From UHGV virus genome UHGV-0086135: a stretch of DNA of 64,000 bases; one strand, written 5' to 3'. Shown one piece after another: positions 38,815-47,874 of this stretch. Made by a program: the position numbers and the translations under genes. Within the stretch, counting starts at the first letter, position 1, and each line of letters opens with the position of its first letter. The notes below the pieces were generated by a model, which worked only from the letters and a program-made list of their open reading frames with translations, did no database searches and was not told where the DNA came from. The DNA is from a virus.

Positions 38815-39653
38815 TTCAATTCGTAATTCCAAGTTATCAGCGTGTCGGGGCAGTTTCTGCCCTTGATATGTTTCCGACTGATTATGAACCCCATATTGTA
38901 GTGCGTGAACATGAAGAAAAAGCTTATTATGATGCCTATGGGTCTAGAGCTAAAATTATAACTATTCCTGATGATGTAAACGGAATTGCCGGTACTCGTA
39001 AAGCAATTACTGATATGTATGCAGGTCAACGAATCTGGATGATTGACGACGATACTACTATTCGTATGAGTTCAATGCGAAAAAGAGATGACCGTCGTTG
39101 TGTAGATAAAGTCAATCAATTAACCCGTGAACAGTTCTATGAATTGATTCAATACGTTGAAGATGCCATGGATTGTGGGTATTATCATGGTCATGCTCGC
39201 CTACCAATTTTTAAAATTACTTCATCTTGGGGTAATTATCGTGAAAATTCATATGGATTCACGAATACATGGTATGACCTCGGAAAACTTACGACAGAAC
39301 AAATTGGGTATGGAAAAATTGATTTATGCGAAGATATGTATGCATTTCTCAATTTAATTAATCAAGGTTATCCGCATTTGGCCCTGTTCAAATATCTGGT
39401 TGTATCTGGAAAAGCACAAGCTCCTGGCGGATGTAGTTCAATTCGTAGTAATTCAAAACATAATAGAGCTCTTGAGCAAATCAACAGAGAGTTTCCAGAG
39501 CAAGCTCGTTGGAAAACATCGAATATCGAAAAGAGAAAATCGTTGGGTGAAGAAGACGAGCCATTAAAAGTTCTTCGCATGTGTGTTTCGCGCAAAGAAA
39601 AATCAGAAGCGTTTCATAAGTTTAATGCTATTCATCCAATAGCAGTTGATTAA
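38811..39653 (+). CDS. putative GT-A-like glycosyltransferase (DxD motif) in the beta-gt slot
   Basis: N-terminal VIPSYQR strand, WMIDDDTT DxD motif; between gene 42 and uvsX. Confidence 0.5.
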   Translation: MIQFVIPSYQRVGAVSALDMFPTDYEPHIVVREHEEKAYYDAYGSRAKIITIPDDVNGIAGTRKAITDMYAGQRIWMIDDDTTIRMSSMRKRDDRRCVDKVNQLTREQFYELIQYVEDAMDCGYYHGHARLPIFKITSSWGNYRENSYGFTNTWYDLGKLTTEQIGYGKIDLCEDMYAFLNLINQGYPHLALFKYLVVSGKAQAPGGCSSIRSNSKHNRALEQINREFPEQARWKTSNIEKRKSLGEEDEPLKVLRMCVSRKEKSEAFHKFNAIHPIAVD

Positions 39654-39677
39654 TGCCTAAATTTATTGTGTTATAAT
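39652..39677 (+). promoter_or_regulatory. promoter upstream of uvsX (extended -10 TGtTATAAT; imperfect MotA box)
   Basis: TATAAT 39672-39677 preceded by TG; AATGCCTAA box-like element. Confidence 0.45.
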
Positions 39678-39730
39678 TACTTTATCTTTAACCAGTGAGG
39701 AAAATATAATGATGCCTATGGAAAAAATGA

Positions 39731-40912
39731 ATGTCTATTGCAGATTTAAAATCCCGTTTGATTAAAGCTTCCACTTCTAAAATGACTGCTGAACTGACTA
39801 CATCTAAATTCTTTAATGAAAAGGATGTAATCCGTACAAAAATCCCAATGCTTAATATCGCTATTTCTGGTGCGATTGATGGTGGTATGCAGTCTGGTTT
39901 AACCATTTTTGCAGGTCCTTCTAAACACTTTAAATCAAATATGTCTTTGACTATGGTTGCGGCGTATTTGAACAAATATCCTGACGCGGTATGTCTGTTT
40001 TATGATAGCGAATTTGGTATTACTCCAGCTTATTTGCGATCCATGGGAGTTGACCCGGAACGAGTAATTCATACACCAATTCAGTCAGTTGAACAGCTGA
40101 AAATTGATATGGTGAATCAGCTTGAAGCTATTGAGCGTGGTGAAAAAGTTATTGTATTCATCGACTCAATCGGTAATATGGCTTCTAAGAAAGAAACGGA
40201 AGATGCCTTAAATGAAAAATCTGTGGCAGATATGACTCGTGCTAAATCACTGAAGTCATTATTCCGTATTGTTACTCCTTATTTTAGTATTAAAAACATT
40301 CCATGTGTTGCGGTTAACCATACAATTGAAACAATTGAAATGTTTAGTAAAACCGTGATGACAGGTGGTACAGGCGTAATGTATTCGGCTGATACTGTAT
40401 TCATTATCGGTAAGCGCCAGATTAAAGATGGTTCTGATCTTCAGGGGTATCAATTTGTTCTAAATGTAGAAAAATCTCGTACCGTTAAAGAAAAAAGTAA
40501 ATTCTTTATTGATGTTAAATTTGACGGTGGTATCGATCCTTATTCTGGATTGTTAGATATGGCTCTTGAATTAGGATTTGTGGTAAAACCTAAAAATGGC
40601 TGGTATGCTCGTGAATTTCTTGACGAAGAAACCGGCGAGATGATTCGCGAAGAAAAATCTTGGCGTGCAAAAGATACCAATTGCACTACATTCTGGGGTC
40701 CTTTATTTAAGCATCAACCATTCCGAGATGCTATTAAACGTGCTTATCAGTTAGGTGCTATTGATAGTAATGAAATTGTTGAAGCTGAAGTTGATGAATT
40801 GATTAACTCAAAGGTTGAAAAATTTAAATCTCCAGAAAGTAAAAGTAAATCAGCAGCTGATTTAGAAACTGACCTAGATCAGTTAAGTGATATGGAAGAA
40901 TTTAATGAATAA
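39731..40912 (+). CDS. uvsX: recombinase UvsX (RecA-like)
   Basis: 393 aa; Walker A GPSKHFKS; conserved position. Confidence 0.95.
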   Translation: MSIADLKSRLIKASTSKMTAELTTSKFFNEKDVIRTKIPMLNIAISGAIDGGMQSGLTIFAGPSKHFKSNMSLTMVAAYLNKYPDAVCLFYDSEFGITPAYLRSMGVDPERVIHTPIQSVEQLKIDMVNQLEAIERGEKVIVFIDSIGNMASKKETEDALNEKSVADMTRAKSLKSLFRIVTPYFSIKNIPCVAVNHTIETIEMFSKTVMTGGTGVMYSADTVFIIGKRQIKDGSDLQGYQFVLNVEKSRTVKEKSKFFIDVKFDGGIDPYSGLLDMALELGFVVKPKNGWYAREFLDEETGEMIREEKSWRAKDTNCTTFWGPLFKHQPFRDAIKRAYQLGAIDSNEIVEAEVDELINSKVEKFKSPESKSKSAADLETDLDQLSDMEEFNE

Positions 40913-41249
40913 AGATGATTTAGATTTAGATCTAGAAATTATCGATGAATCCCCCTCTTCGGAGGGGGAAGAAGAAAGAAAAGAACGTCTTTTTAATGAA
41001 TCTCTTAAGATAATTAAATCTGCCATGGAAAATGTTATCCAGGAGATTGTCATTAAACTAGAAGACGGTTCTACACACATTGTGTATGTGACAAAATTAG
41101 ATTGGGTTGATGGAAAAGTCGTAATGGACTTTGCTGTTCTTGACCAAGAAAGAAAAGCTGAGTTAGCTCCTCATGTAGAAAAATGTATTACAATGCAACT
41201 ACAAGATGCATTTAATAAAAGGTCAAAGAAAAAATTTAAATTCTTTTAA
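40905..41249 (+). CDS. 40: head vertex assembly chaperone gp40
   Basis: ATG overlapping uvsX stop; position between uvsX and gene 41. Confidence 0.65.
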   Translation: MNKDDLDLDLEIIDESPSSEGEEERKERLFNESLKIIKSAMENVIQEIVIKLEDGSTHIVYVTKLDWVDGKVVMDFAVLDQERKAELAPHVEKCITMQLQDAFNKRSKKKFKFF

Positions 41250-41258
41250 GGAGTAAGT

Positions 41259-42686
41259 GTGGTAGAAATTATTCTTTCTCATCTCATATTTGATCAAGCT
41301 TATTTTTCAAAAGTTTGGCCATATATGGATTCAGAATATTTTGAAAGTGGTCCAGCTAAAAATACATTCAAATTAATTAAATCTCATGTTAATGAATACC
41401 ATAGCGTTCCATCTATTAATGCGTTAAATGTTGCATTAGAAAATAGTTCATTTACTGAAACAGAATATTCTGGTGTAAAAACACTTATTTCGAAACTAGC
41501 CGATTCTCCAGAAGACCACAGCTGGTTAGTAAAAGAAACAGAAAAATATGTTCAGCAAAGGGCGATGTTTAATGCTACGTCTAAAATAATTGAAATTCAA
41601 ACTAATGCTGAGCTTCCTCCGGAAAAACGAAATAAGAAAATGCCAGATGTAGGTGCTATTCCTGACATCATGCGTCAAGCATTATCAATTTCATTTGATA
41701 GTTACGTTGGTCATGATTGGATGGATGACTACGAAGCACGTTGGCTATCTTATATGAATAAAGCTCGTAAGGTTCCATTTAAACTCAAAATTCTAAATAA
41801 AATTACTAAAGGCGGAGCTGAAACTGGAACACTGAACGTTTTAATGGCTGGTGTTAACGTTGGTAAGTCATTAGGATTGTGTTCATTGGCAGCAGATTAT
41901 TTGCAGCTCGGACATAATGTTCTTTACATTTCCATGGAAATGGCAGAAGAAGTCTGTGCTAAGCGTATTGATGCTAATATGCTTGATGTTTCTCTTGATG
42001 ACATTGATGATGGGCATATTTCTTACGCTGAGTATAAAGGAAAAATGGAAAAATGGCGTGAGAAATCTACTCTCGGTCGTTTAATCGTTAAACAGTATCC
42101 TACTGGTGGAGCAGACGCTAATACATTCAGGTCTCTCTTGAATGAATTGAAGCTCAAGAAGAATTTTGTTCCAACAATCATTATTGTTGACTATCTGGGT
42201 ATTTGTAAATCTTGCCGCATTAGAGTTTATTCAGAAAATAGTTACACAACTGTTAAAGCTATCGCAGAGGAATTGCGTGCTCTTGCTGTTGAAACTGAAA
42301 CTGTTCTTTGGACTGCAGCACAGGTTGGTAAACAAGCTTGGGATTCTTCTGATGTTAACATGAGCGATATCGCAGAATCTGCCGGTCTTCCAGCAACAGC
42401 CGATTTTATGCTTGCTGTCATTGAAACCGAGGAGTTAGCAGCTGCTGAACAACAACTTATTAAGCAAATCAAATCACGATACGGTGATAAGAATAAATGG
42501 AATAAGTTTTTGATGGGTGTTCAAAAAGGAAATCAGAAATGGGTAGAAATTGAACAAGATTCTACTCCAACTGAAGTGAACGAAGTAGCAGGTTCACAGC
42601 AGATTCAGGCTGAACAGAATCGCTATCAAAGAAACGAATCTGCTCGAGCCCAGTTAGATGCTTTGGCAAATGAATTAAAATTTTAG
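41259..42686 (+). CDS. 41: replicative DNA helicase gp41 (DnaB-like)
   Basis: 475 aa, GTG start MVEIILSHLIF; Walker A GVNVGKS. Confidence 0.95.
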   Translation: MVEIILSHLIFDQAYFSKVWPYMDSEYFESGPAKNTFKLIKSHVNEYHSVPSINALNVALENSSFTETEYSGVKTLISKLADSPEDHSWLVKETEKYVQQRAMFNATSKIIEIQTNAELPPEKRNKKMPDVGAIPDIMRQALSISFDSYVGHDWMDDYEARWLSYMNKARKVPFKLKILNKITKGGAETGTLNVLMAGVNVGKSLGLCSLAADYLQLGHNVLYISMEMAEEVCAKRIDANMLDVSLDDIDDGHISYAEYKGKMEKWREKSTLGRLIVKQYPTGGADANTFRSLLNELKLKKNFVPTIIIVDYLGICKSCRIRVYSENSYTTVKAIAEELRALAVETETVLWTAAQVGKQAWDSSDVNMSDIAESAGLPATADFMLAVIETEELAAAEQQLIKQIKSRYGDKNKWNKFLMGVQKGNQKWVEIEQDSTPTEVNEVAGSQQIQAEQNRYQRNESARAQLDALANELKF

Positions 42687-42715
42687 TTTACAAGCTGACA
42701 AGACTATGGTATAGT
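42686..42715 (+). promoter_or_regulatory. T4-type early promoter
   Basis: GTTTAC 42686-42691, TATAGT 42710-42715. Confidence 0.55.
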
Positions 42716-42744
42716 AGTCTTGTTGGTTAAATGAGGAAATCTAA

Positions 42745-42939
42745 ATGGAAGAGTTTGCTAAAGTAGTTTTTATTGGTTGGTTTGAAAATGGTAGTATGTT
42801 TACCAAAGAAATCCGCATGGATATAACAGACAAAGAGCATATCATGTGGGCTACCATGCAGTTTGCTGAAATTAATAAAGCATTAGTTAAAGCATTTGTT
42901 AATGACGAGAAAGTTTTCGAAGCTGATTTCAGAGGATAA
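42745..42939 (+). CDS. dmd: Dmd-like antitoxin (61.5 position)
   Basis: 64 aa ORF immediately downstream of gene 41, as dmd is in T4. Confidence 0.5.
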   Translation: MEEFAKVVFIGWFENGSMFTKEIRMDITDKEHIMWATMQFAEINKALVKAFVNDEKVFEADFRG

Positions 42940-42940
42940 T

Positions 42941-43198
42941 ATGCATATTGTTTTATTTAAACCTACTCCGTATAATGTCAGGAAAAATACTCAATTCAAA
43001 GCACTTATTGCAGATACGTGGGAATTGGTATTAGATATTCCAGCAGAAGAAAGTCCTCCATTTGGTCGAGTGGAATTTATTAAGTTTGCTGTGCGCCCTA
43101 CGAAGCGACAGATTCGTCAATGCAAAAGATACTTTCGTAAAATCGTCAAGTTAGAGAAACAGTTTGTAACATGTGATTATGCAGAAGTTTTAAAATAG
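42941..43198 (+). CDS. hypothetical basic protein, 85 aa (61.4 position)
   Basis: ATG 42941 with AGAGGA SD. Confidence 0.45.
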   Translation: MHIVLFKPTPYNVRKNTQFKALIADTWELVLDIPAEESPPFGRVEFIKFAVRPTKRQIRQCKRYFRKIVKLEKQFVTCDYAEVLK

Positions 43199-43200
43199 CT

Positions 43201-43230
43201 GTTTACTTTTATTAGAAATTGAGATACTAT
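43201..43230 (+). promoter_or_regulatory. T4-type early promoter
   Basis: GTTTAC 43201-43206, TACTAT 43225-43230. Confidence 0.55.
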
Positions 43231-43258
43231 ATAAACATAAACTACTGAGGAGATTATC

Positions 43259-43552
43259 ATGAAAAAATTTATCTTTGCTACAATTTTTGCTTTATCTTCT
43301 TGTGCTGCTCAGCCTGCTATGGCGGGTTATGACAAAGATTTGTGTGAATGGTCTATGACTGCAGATCAGACTGAGGTTGAAACTCAAATTGAAGCAGATA
43401 TTATGAATATCGTTGAGCGTGATCGTCCTGAAATGAAAGCTGAAGTGCAAAAACAGCTTAAGTCTGGCGGTGTAATGCAGTATAATTATGTTCTGTATTG
43501 CGATAAAAACTTTAATAATAAAAATATCATCGCTGAAGTGGTAGGTGAGTAA
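43259..43552 (+). CDS. sp: Spackle periplasmic protein
   Basis: 97 aa with signal peptide; conserved position. Confidence 0.7.
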   Translation: MKKFIFATIFALSSCAAQPAMAGYDKDLCEWSMTADQTEVETQIEADIMNIVERDRPEMKAEVQKQLKSGGVMQYNYVLYCDKNFNNKNIIAEVVGE

Positions 43553-43564
43553 TTAGAGGTTAGT

Positions 43565-43921
43565 ATGTATAGTTCTGAATTTTCATATTTAAAAATGGAA
43601 AAAATTTCATACGATTTTATAGATGAAAAGGTTTATTACAGTTTCCATGAACCACGTTTTAATAGTGAAGTTGGGTTTATTGTAGTAAAAGACAATTTCA
43701 TTTTAAAAATATATTCGGCATTAAAGGATTTTCACTACGAAAATATTAACCTAAAATTTGATAAAGAAAATGTTCGTAATTGCGCAGTAACAATTACAGG
43801 AAATAAAGGTACATGCGTTATGCTATCTGATGAAATTAATGATTTGTTAAATGATGTAGAAAAGGTTGCTATTCCATCTATTGATGACCAAATTTTTAAT
43901 GCTTTTATGAATAGAGGTTAA
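43565..43921 (+). CDS. hypothetical protein, 118 aa (61.2 position)
   Basis: SD-preceded ORF. Confidence 0.5.
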   Translation: MYSSEFSYLKMEKISYDFIDEKVYYSFHEPRFNSEVGFIVVKDNFILKIYSALKDFHYENINLKFDKENVRNCAVTITGNKGTCVMLSDEINDLLNDVEKVAIPSIDDQIFNAFMNRG

Positions 43922-43922
43922 T

Positions 43923-44087
43923 ATGAAAACATATAAAGAATTTATTAAAGAAGATATGGTAGCTGGAGACTCAGGCGGTAATCCTGAAAATATCTCCACT
44001 GGAACAACGTCAGGCGCTGTAGTAAATAAAGGTCCTGAACAGATTCCTAAAAAGAAAAAAGAGGAATCTAAAGAAAAAGAAGAGTAA
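43923..44087 (+). CDS. hypothetical small protein, 54 aa (61.1 position)
   Basis: ATG 43923; Gly/Lys-rich; not in ORF track. Confidence 0.35.
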   Translation: MKTYKEFIKEDMVAGDSGGNPENISTGTTSGAVVNKGPEQIPKKKKEESKEKEE

Positions 44088-44089
44088 AA

Positions 44090-45118
44090 ATGTCATCAAT
44101 ACCTTGGATTGATAATGAGTTTGCATACCGCGCATTAGCTCATTTACCTAAATTCACACAAGTAAATAATAGTTCAACTTTTAAATTGCGGTTTAGATGC
44201 CCTGTTTGTGGAGATTCAAAAACCGACCAAAATAAAGCCCGTGGATGGTATTATGGTGATAATAATGAAGGAAATATTCATTGTTATAACTGCAACTATC
44301 ATGCACCAATCGGAATATATTTAAAGGAGTTTGAACCTGATTTATATCGTGAGTATATCTTTGAAATAAGAAAAGAAAAAGGTAAAAGTCGTCCAGTAGA
44401 AAAGCCTAAAGAACTTCCTAAACAACCTGAGAAGAAAATAATTAAATCTCTTCCGTCATGTATTAGATTAGATAAACTGGCGGAAGACCATCCAATTATA
44501 AAATATGTAAAAGCTCGTTGTATTCCAAAGGATAAATGGAAATATCTTTGGTTTACAACCGAATGGCCTAAATTAGTTAATAGCATAGCACCAGGAACAT
44601 ATAAAAAGGAAATACCTGAGCCTCGTCTTGTTATTCCAATTTATAATGCTAATGGAAAAGCTGAGTCTTTTCAAGGACGTGCATTAAAGAAAGATGCTCC
44701 TCAAAAATATATCACCATCAAAGCTTATCCTGAGGCAACAAAAATTTATGGAGTTGAACGAGTCAAAGATGGTGATGTATATGTTCTAGAAGGACCTATA
44801 GATTCACTTTTTATTGAAAATGGTATAGCTATTACGGGCGGTCAATTAGACCTAGAAATTGTTCCATTTAAAGATAGACGTGTGTGGGTTTTAGATAATG
44901 AACCTCGTCACCCTGACACTATTAAACGAATGACTAAATTAGTTGATGCAGGAGAAAGGGTTATGTTTTGGGATAAATCTCCCTGGAAATCAAAAGATGT
45001 TAATGATATGATTAGAAAGGAAGGTGCAACCCCTAAACAAATTATGGAATATATGAAAAATAATATTGCCCAAGGGTTGATGGCTAAAATGCGGCTATCT
45101 AAATACGCTAAGATTTAA
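44090..45118 (+). CDS. 61: DNA primase gp61
   Basis: 342 aa; N-terminal zinc ribbon CPVCGDS...CYNC; TOPRIM-like region. Confidence 0.9.
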   Translation: MSSIPWIDNEFAYRALAHLPKFTQVNNSSTFKLRFRCPVCGDSKTDQNKARGWYYGDNNEGNIHCYNCNYHAPIGIYLKEFEPDLYREYIFEIRKEKGKSRPVEKPKELPKQPEKKIIKSLPSCIRLDKLAEDHPIIKYVKARCIPKDKWKYLWFTTEWPKLVNSIAPGTYKKEIPEPRLVIPIYNANGKAESFQGRALKKDAPQKYITIKAYPEATKIYGVERVKDGDVYVLEGPIDSLFIENGIAITGGQLDLEIVPFKDRRVWVLDNEPRHPDTIKRMTKLVDAGERVMFWDKSPWKSKDVNDMIRKEGATPKQIMEYMKNNIAQGLMAKMRLSKYAKI

Positions 45119-45315
45119 ATTAACCCAACTAAAGCAAATGCTAAATCTACGAATGTATCAAGAGTAATTACTGGAATATTAACACCATGAGCAATAGCAA
45201 TTGGTGATAAAACAAAATTCCAGAGTAAAATTCCTACCATAGCAGAAATAGTAAAAGCTATACGTTTTTTATTACCTTTTATGGCATTAACAAGTGCCAT
45301 TAATTTTTGTACCAT
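45115..45315 (-). CDS. small membrane protein, 66 aa (only supported minus-strand gene)
   Basis: AAGGAGG SD 5 nt upstream of ATG on minus strand; two hydrophobic helices. Confidence 0.45.
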   Translation of the reverse strand: MVQKLMALVNAIKGNKKRIAFTISAMVGILLWNFVLSPIAIAHGVNIPVITLDTFVDLAFALVGLI

Positions 45316-45386
45316 ATATCCTCCTTATTGCTTTATATATTTATTGTATAATTAATCTACTAACCCATGAATTGAAAGGAAAAATA

Positions 45387-45905
45387 ATGGCATACTTTAA
45401 TGAATGTTCACAACTGATTGAAGGCGCTGATAAAGCTCAAAATGAATACTGGGATATTCTCGGTGATGAAAAAGACCCTCTGCAAGTTATGCTTGATATG
45501 CAGAAATCTCTACAGGTTCGTTTAGCTAAAGATAAACCTGAATATAACCGTCATCCTGATGATTTGGCTACTGCGGGTGAAGTTGTTGATTGGCTGCGTA
45601 ATCAGAAAGATTATATTGATGATGAATTCCGCGAACTACTGACTTCTCTTGGTGGTATGAGCAATGGTGAAAAAGATGCATCTGCTGTATGGAAGCCTTG
45701 GAAAGCTCAACATGGTGAACGACGTGAAACTTTAATTACTGATTTGTCTCCACAAGACCAGTTGGAAATTAAATTCGAAATGATTGATATTCTTCATTTC
45801 GTTCTAAACATGTTCCAAGGTCTCGGTCTTACGGCTGAAGAAATCTTTAAACTTTATTATCTGAAAAATGCTGAAAACTTCGCTCGTCAAGACCGAGGTT
45901 ATTAA
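45387..45905 (+). CDS. 56: dCTPase/dUTPase gp56
   Basis: 172 aa from MAYFNECSQLIEG; MazG-like; TGTATAAT promoter upstream. Confidence 0.85.
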   Translation: MAYFNECSQLIEGADKAQNEYWDILGDEKDPLQVMLDMQKSLQVRLAKDKPEYNRHPDDLATAGEVVDWLRNQKDYIDDEFRELLTSLGGMSNGEKDASAVWKPWKAQHGERRETLITDLSPQDQLEIKFEMIDILHFVLNMFQGLGLTAEEIFKLYYLKNAENFARQDRGY

Positions 45906-46114
45906 TGGCTCGTTTAAATAAACGTCAACTTAAGAAAGCCCACAAGAAACGTATTGACCAGCTATTTAAAAATTATGACAAGGAGCTCGTATGTGAGCTC
46001 TTATCTAATCAGCTTCGTGTGGTTGATTGGGTTGATTGGGTTGTAGAAGAAGGTCCTGATGAAATTTTTGTCAGTGAAGAAGCCTTAAAATTAATTATAG
46101 AGCATTCAAAATGA
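45905..46114 (+). CDS. hypothetical protein, 69 aa
   Basis: TAATG-coupled; WVDWVDWV from tandem 9-bp repeat. Confidence 0.45.
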   Translation: MARLNKRQLKKAHKKRIDQLFKNYDKELVCELLSNQLRVVDWVDWVVEEGPDEIFVSEEALKLIIEHSK

Positions 46115-46284
46115 AAATATCCAAAGAAGAATTTATTAGACGACAAAAAGCTTTAATTAATTTACACGAGTGGTATGCTTATCAGCTTAAAGTAGATAGC
46201 TCTAATATAAATGCTGTAATGGCTTTATATAAACAAATTCAAGATGAACACGAATTCCTGGCACAAGTTTTCATTGAAGACTGA
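46111..46284 (+). CDS. hypothetical protein, 57 aa
   Basis: ATGA-coupled; not in ORF track. Confidence 0.35.
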   Translation: MKISKEEFIRRQKALINLHEWYAYQLKVDSSNINAVMALYKQIQDEHEFLAQVFIED

Positions 46285-46292
46285 TATAAATA
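46285..46292 (+). promoter_or_regulatory. T4 late promoter TATAAATA upstream of soc
   Basis: Exact TATAAATA 32 nt upstream of soc start. Confidence 0.6.
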
Positions 46293-46323
46293 CACTTGTA
46301 ATTAAACAATAAAGGAGTTTATT

Positions 46324-46560
46324 ATGGGTGGTTTCGTTAACATCAAGACCTTTACTCATCCAGCGGGTGAAGGCAAAGAAGTTAAAGGTATGGAAGTTTC
46401 TGTTCCGTTTGAAATTTATTCTAACGAGCATCGTATCGCAGATTCTCATTATCAGATCTTTCCTTCTGAAGAGGCAGCATATTCTACCGTAGTTTCTAAT
46501 GCAGCTGATTGGAAAACTAAGAATGCTGCAATGTTTACGCCTACACAAATAGGTGGTTAA
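46324..46560 (+). CDS. soc: small outer capsid protein Soc
   Basis: 78 aa; VNIKTF...HYQIFPSEEAAYSTV resembles T4 Soc. Confidence 0.8.
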   Translation: MGGFVNIKTFTHPAGEGKEVKGMEVSVPFEIYSNEHRIADSHYQIFPSEEAAYSTVVSNAADWKTKNAAMFTPTQIGG

Positions 46561-46566
46561 AATTCA

Positions 46567-46591
46567 AGGACTCCTTCGGGAGTCCTTTTTT
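46567..46591 (+). terminator. rho-independent terminator
   Basis: aggactcc-ttcg-ggagtcct + ttttt. Confidence 0.75.
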
Positions 46592-46601
46592 CATTTTACC
46601 G

Positions 46602-46631
46602 GTTTACTTTCCAAAATGAGTATGGTATAAT
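46602..46631 (+). promoter_or_regulatory. T4-type early promoter
   Basis: GTTTAC 46602-46607, TATAAT 46626-46631. Confidence 0.6.
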
Positions 46632-46657
46632 AAAACTATCTTATAGAGGAGAGCACT

Positions 46658-46864
46658 ATGTTAAATCGTTGGATTAAACCAAATGAAGATTTAGATATTA
46701 TCATTTCACGGCATGTAATGAAGAAATATGAACTACAACCATGGTCTACAGAAGTTGTTGTGCATTCATTTATGATGTACGCAGATGGTTCTGTCGAATT
46801 TAATGCAGAGATTCGTTATGATTATGGCGAGAAGCAAGTTGAATTCAAAAGAGGCTTTTTGTAA
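46658..46864 (+). CDS. hypothetical protein, 68 aa
   Basis: AGAGGAG SD. Confidence 0.45.
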   Translation: MLNRWIKPNEDLDIIISRHVMKKYELQPWSTEVVVHSFMMYADGSVEFNAEIRYDYGEKQVEFKRGFL

Positions 46865-47202
46865 TGTTTATCTTTAACTGGTTTAAAAATTTCTTTACGG
46901 ATTTTTTCTCTACAGCTCCTGGAGAAGGTGTAGTTCCTATTTCAAACGACTACCTCCCTTTAACTGTAGTTGAATATGTTTATATGGGAGATGGAACAGT
47001 AGAAGCGGTTACTATGACTTATGAAGAAGCCCAGGAATATTATAAAAATCCTTGGCGCTGGTCAACACCTACATCATCTAATGCGCAGAATACACAGTCT
47101 AGTTCTGATTCATATGACACTAATGTTCCTGTTCATGTATGGGCAGGCGATTCGTGTGGAAGTTCTTGTGATTCTAGTTGTTCATCTACATCTTGTGATT
47201 GA
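46864..47202 (+). CDS. hypothetical protein with Cys/Ser-rich C-terminal tail, 112 aa
   Basis: Hydrophobic N-terminus; tail [18 protein letters not shown]. Confidence 0.45.
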   Translation: MFIFNWFKNFFTDFFSTAPGEGVVPISNDYLPLTVVEYVYMGDGTVEAVTMTYEEAQEYYKNPWRWSTPTSSNAQNTQSSSDSYDTNVPVHVWAGDSCGSSCDSSCSSTSCD

Positions 47203-47210
47203 GGAAAATT

Positions 47211-47696
47211 ATGGAAGCGATTTTGTTTGAAATGTATATTAGCAGTAATAGTTTGTCGTTTGCTAAAGACGTTCCAATTACCGTAGCAGTAATGATTGAT
47301 AAGGGTTATTGTGACCCAATGTATCTCGTAGAAAATTTCGTTTCAATGCCAGTTCCAGAAGATGCTGAAATAAAACTTAAAAAGATTGGTATTATTGAAA
47401 CTGTACCAAATATTCCGTTTAGAGCAATTGAAGCATTTACTAAATCAGAATACATTAATGTTAGCGCAGAACAATATAATGATAAACCTTTATCTTTTTA
47501 TTCGTATGATTCAGTATATAGTTGGAAAATAGATAAAGGAAATAAATTTATAATTGCGAGTGAAGATGCTTTATCATACTTCATTTATTATGTATGGAAT
47601 AATTTAAATCCAAAATTGCTAAAAATTCATGAATTTGACGATGCTCCTACTATTGTTTTAGGTAAAACAAGTGAAAGTTCTGAAGAAGATGCTTGA
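47211..47696 (+). CDS. hypothetical protein, 161 aa
   Basis: ATG 47211 with GAGGAAA SD (track starts at TTG 47199). Confidence 0.5.
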   Translation: MEAILFEMYISSNSLSFAKDVPITVAVMIDKGYCDPMYLVENFVSMPVPEDAEIKLKKIGIIETVPNIPFRAIEAFTKSEYINVSAEQYNDKPLSFYSYDSVYSWKIDKGNKFIIASEDALSYFIYYVWNNLNPKLLKIHEFDDAPTIVLGKTSESSEEDA

Positions 47697-47874
47697 ATGG
47701 TTCAATAGACCAAACTCAATGTACATTGACGATGGTTGGGTTGAACAGGTAAATAAAGAAATGCAGAACGAATCAGAAGAATGGATGAAATCAATGATTA
47801 GTGCCGAGAAAGAAAAGAAATTAGAACGCTCAGCGCTTAAATTGATGAGAGATATCTATGGGGATAAATCATGA
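47671..47874 (+). CDS. hypothetical protein, 67 aa (start uncertain)
   Basis: GTG 47671 or ATG 47689. Confidence 0.35.
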   Translation: MKVLKKMLEWFNRPNSMYIDDGWVEQVNKEMQNESEEWMKSMISAEKEKKLERSALKLMRDIYGDKS

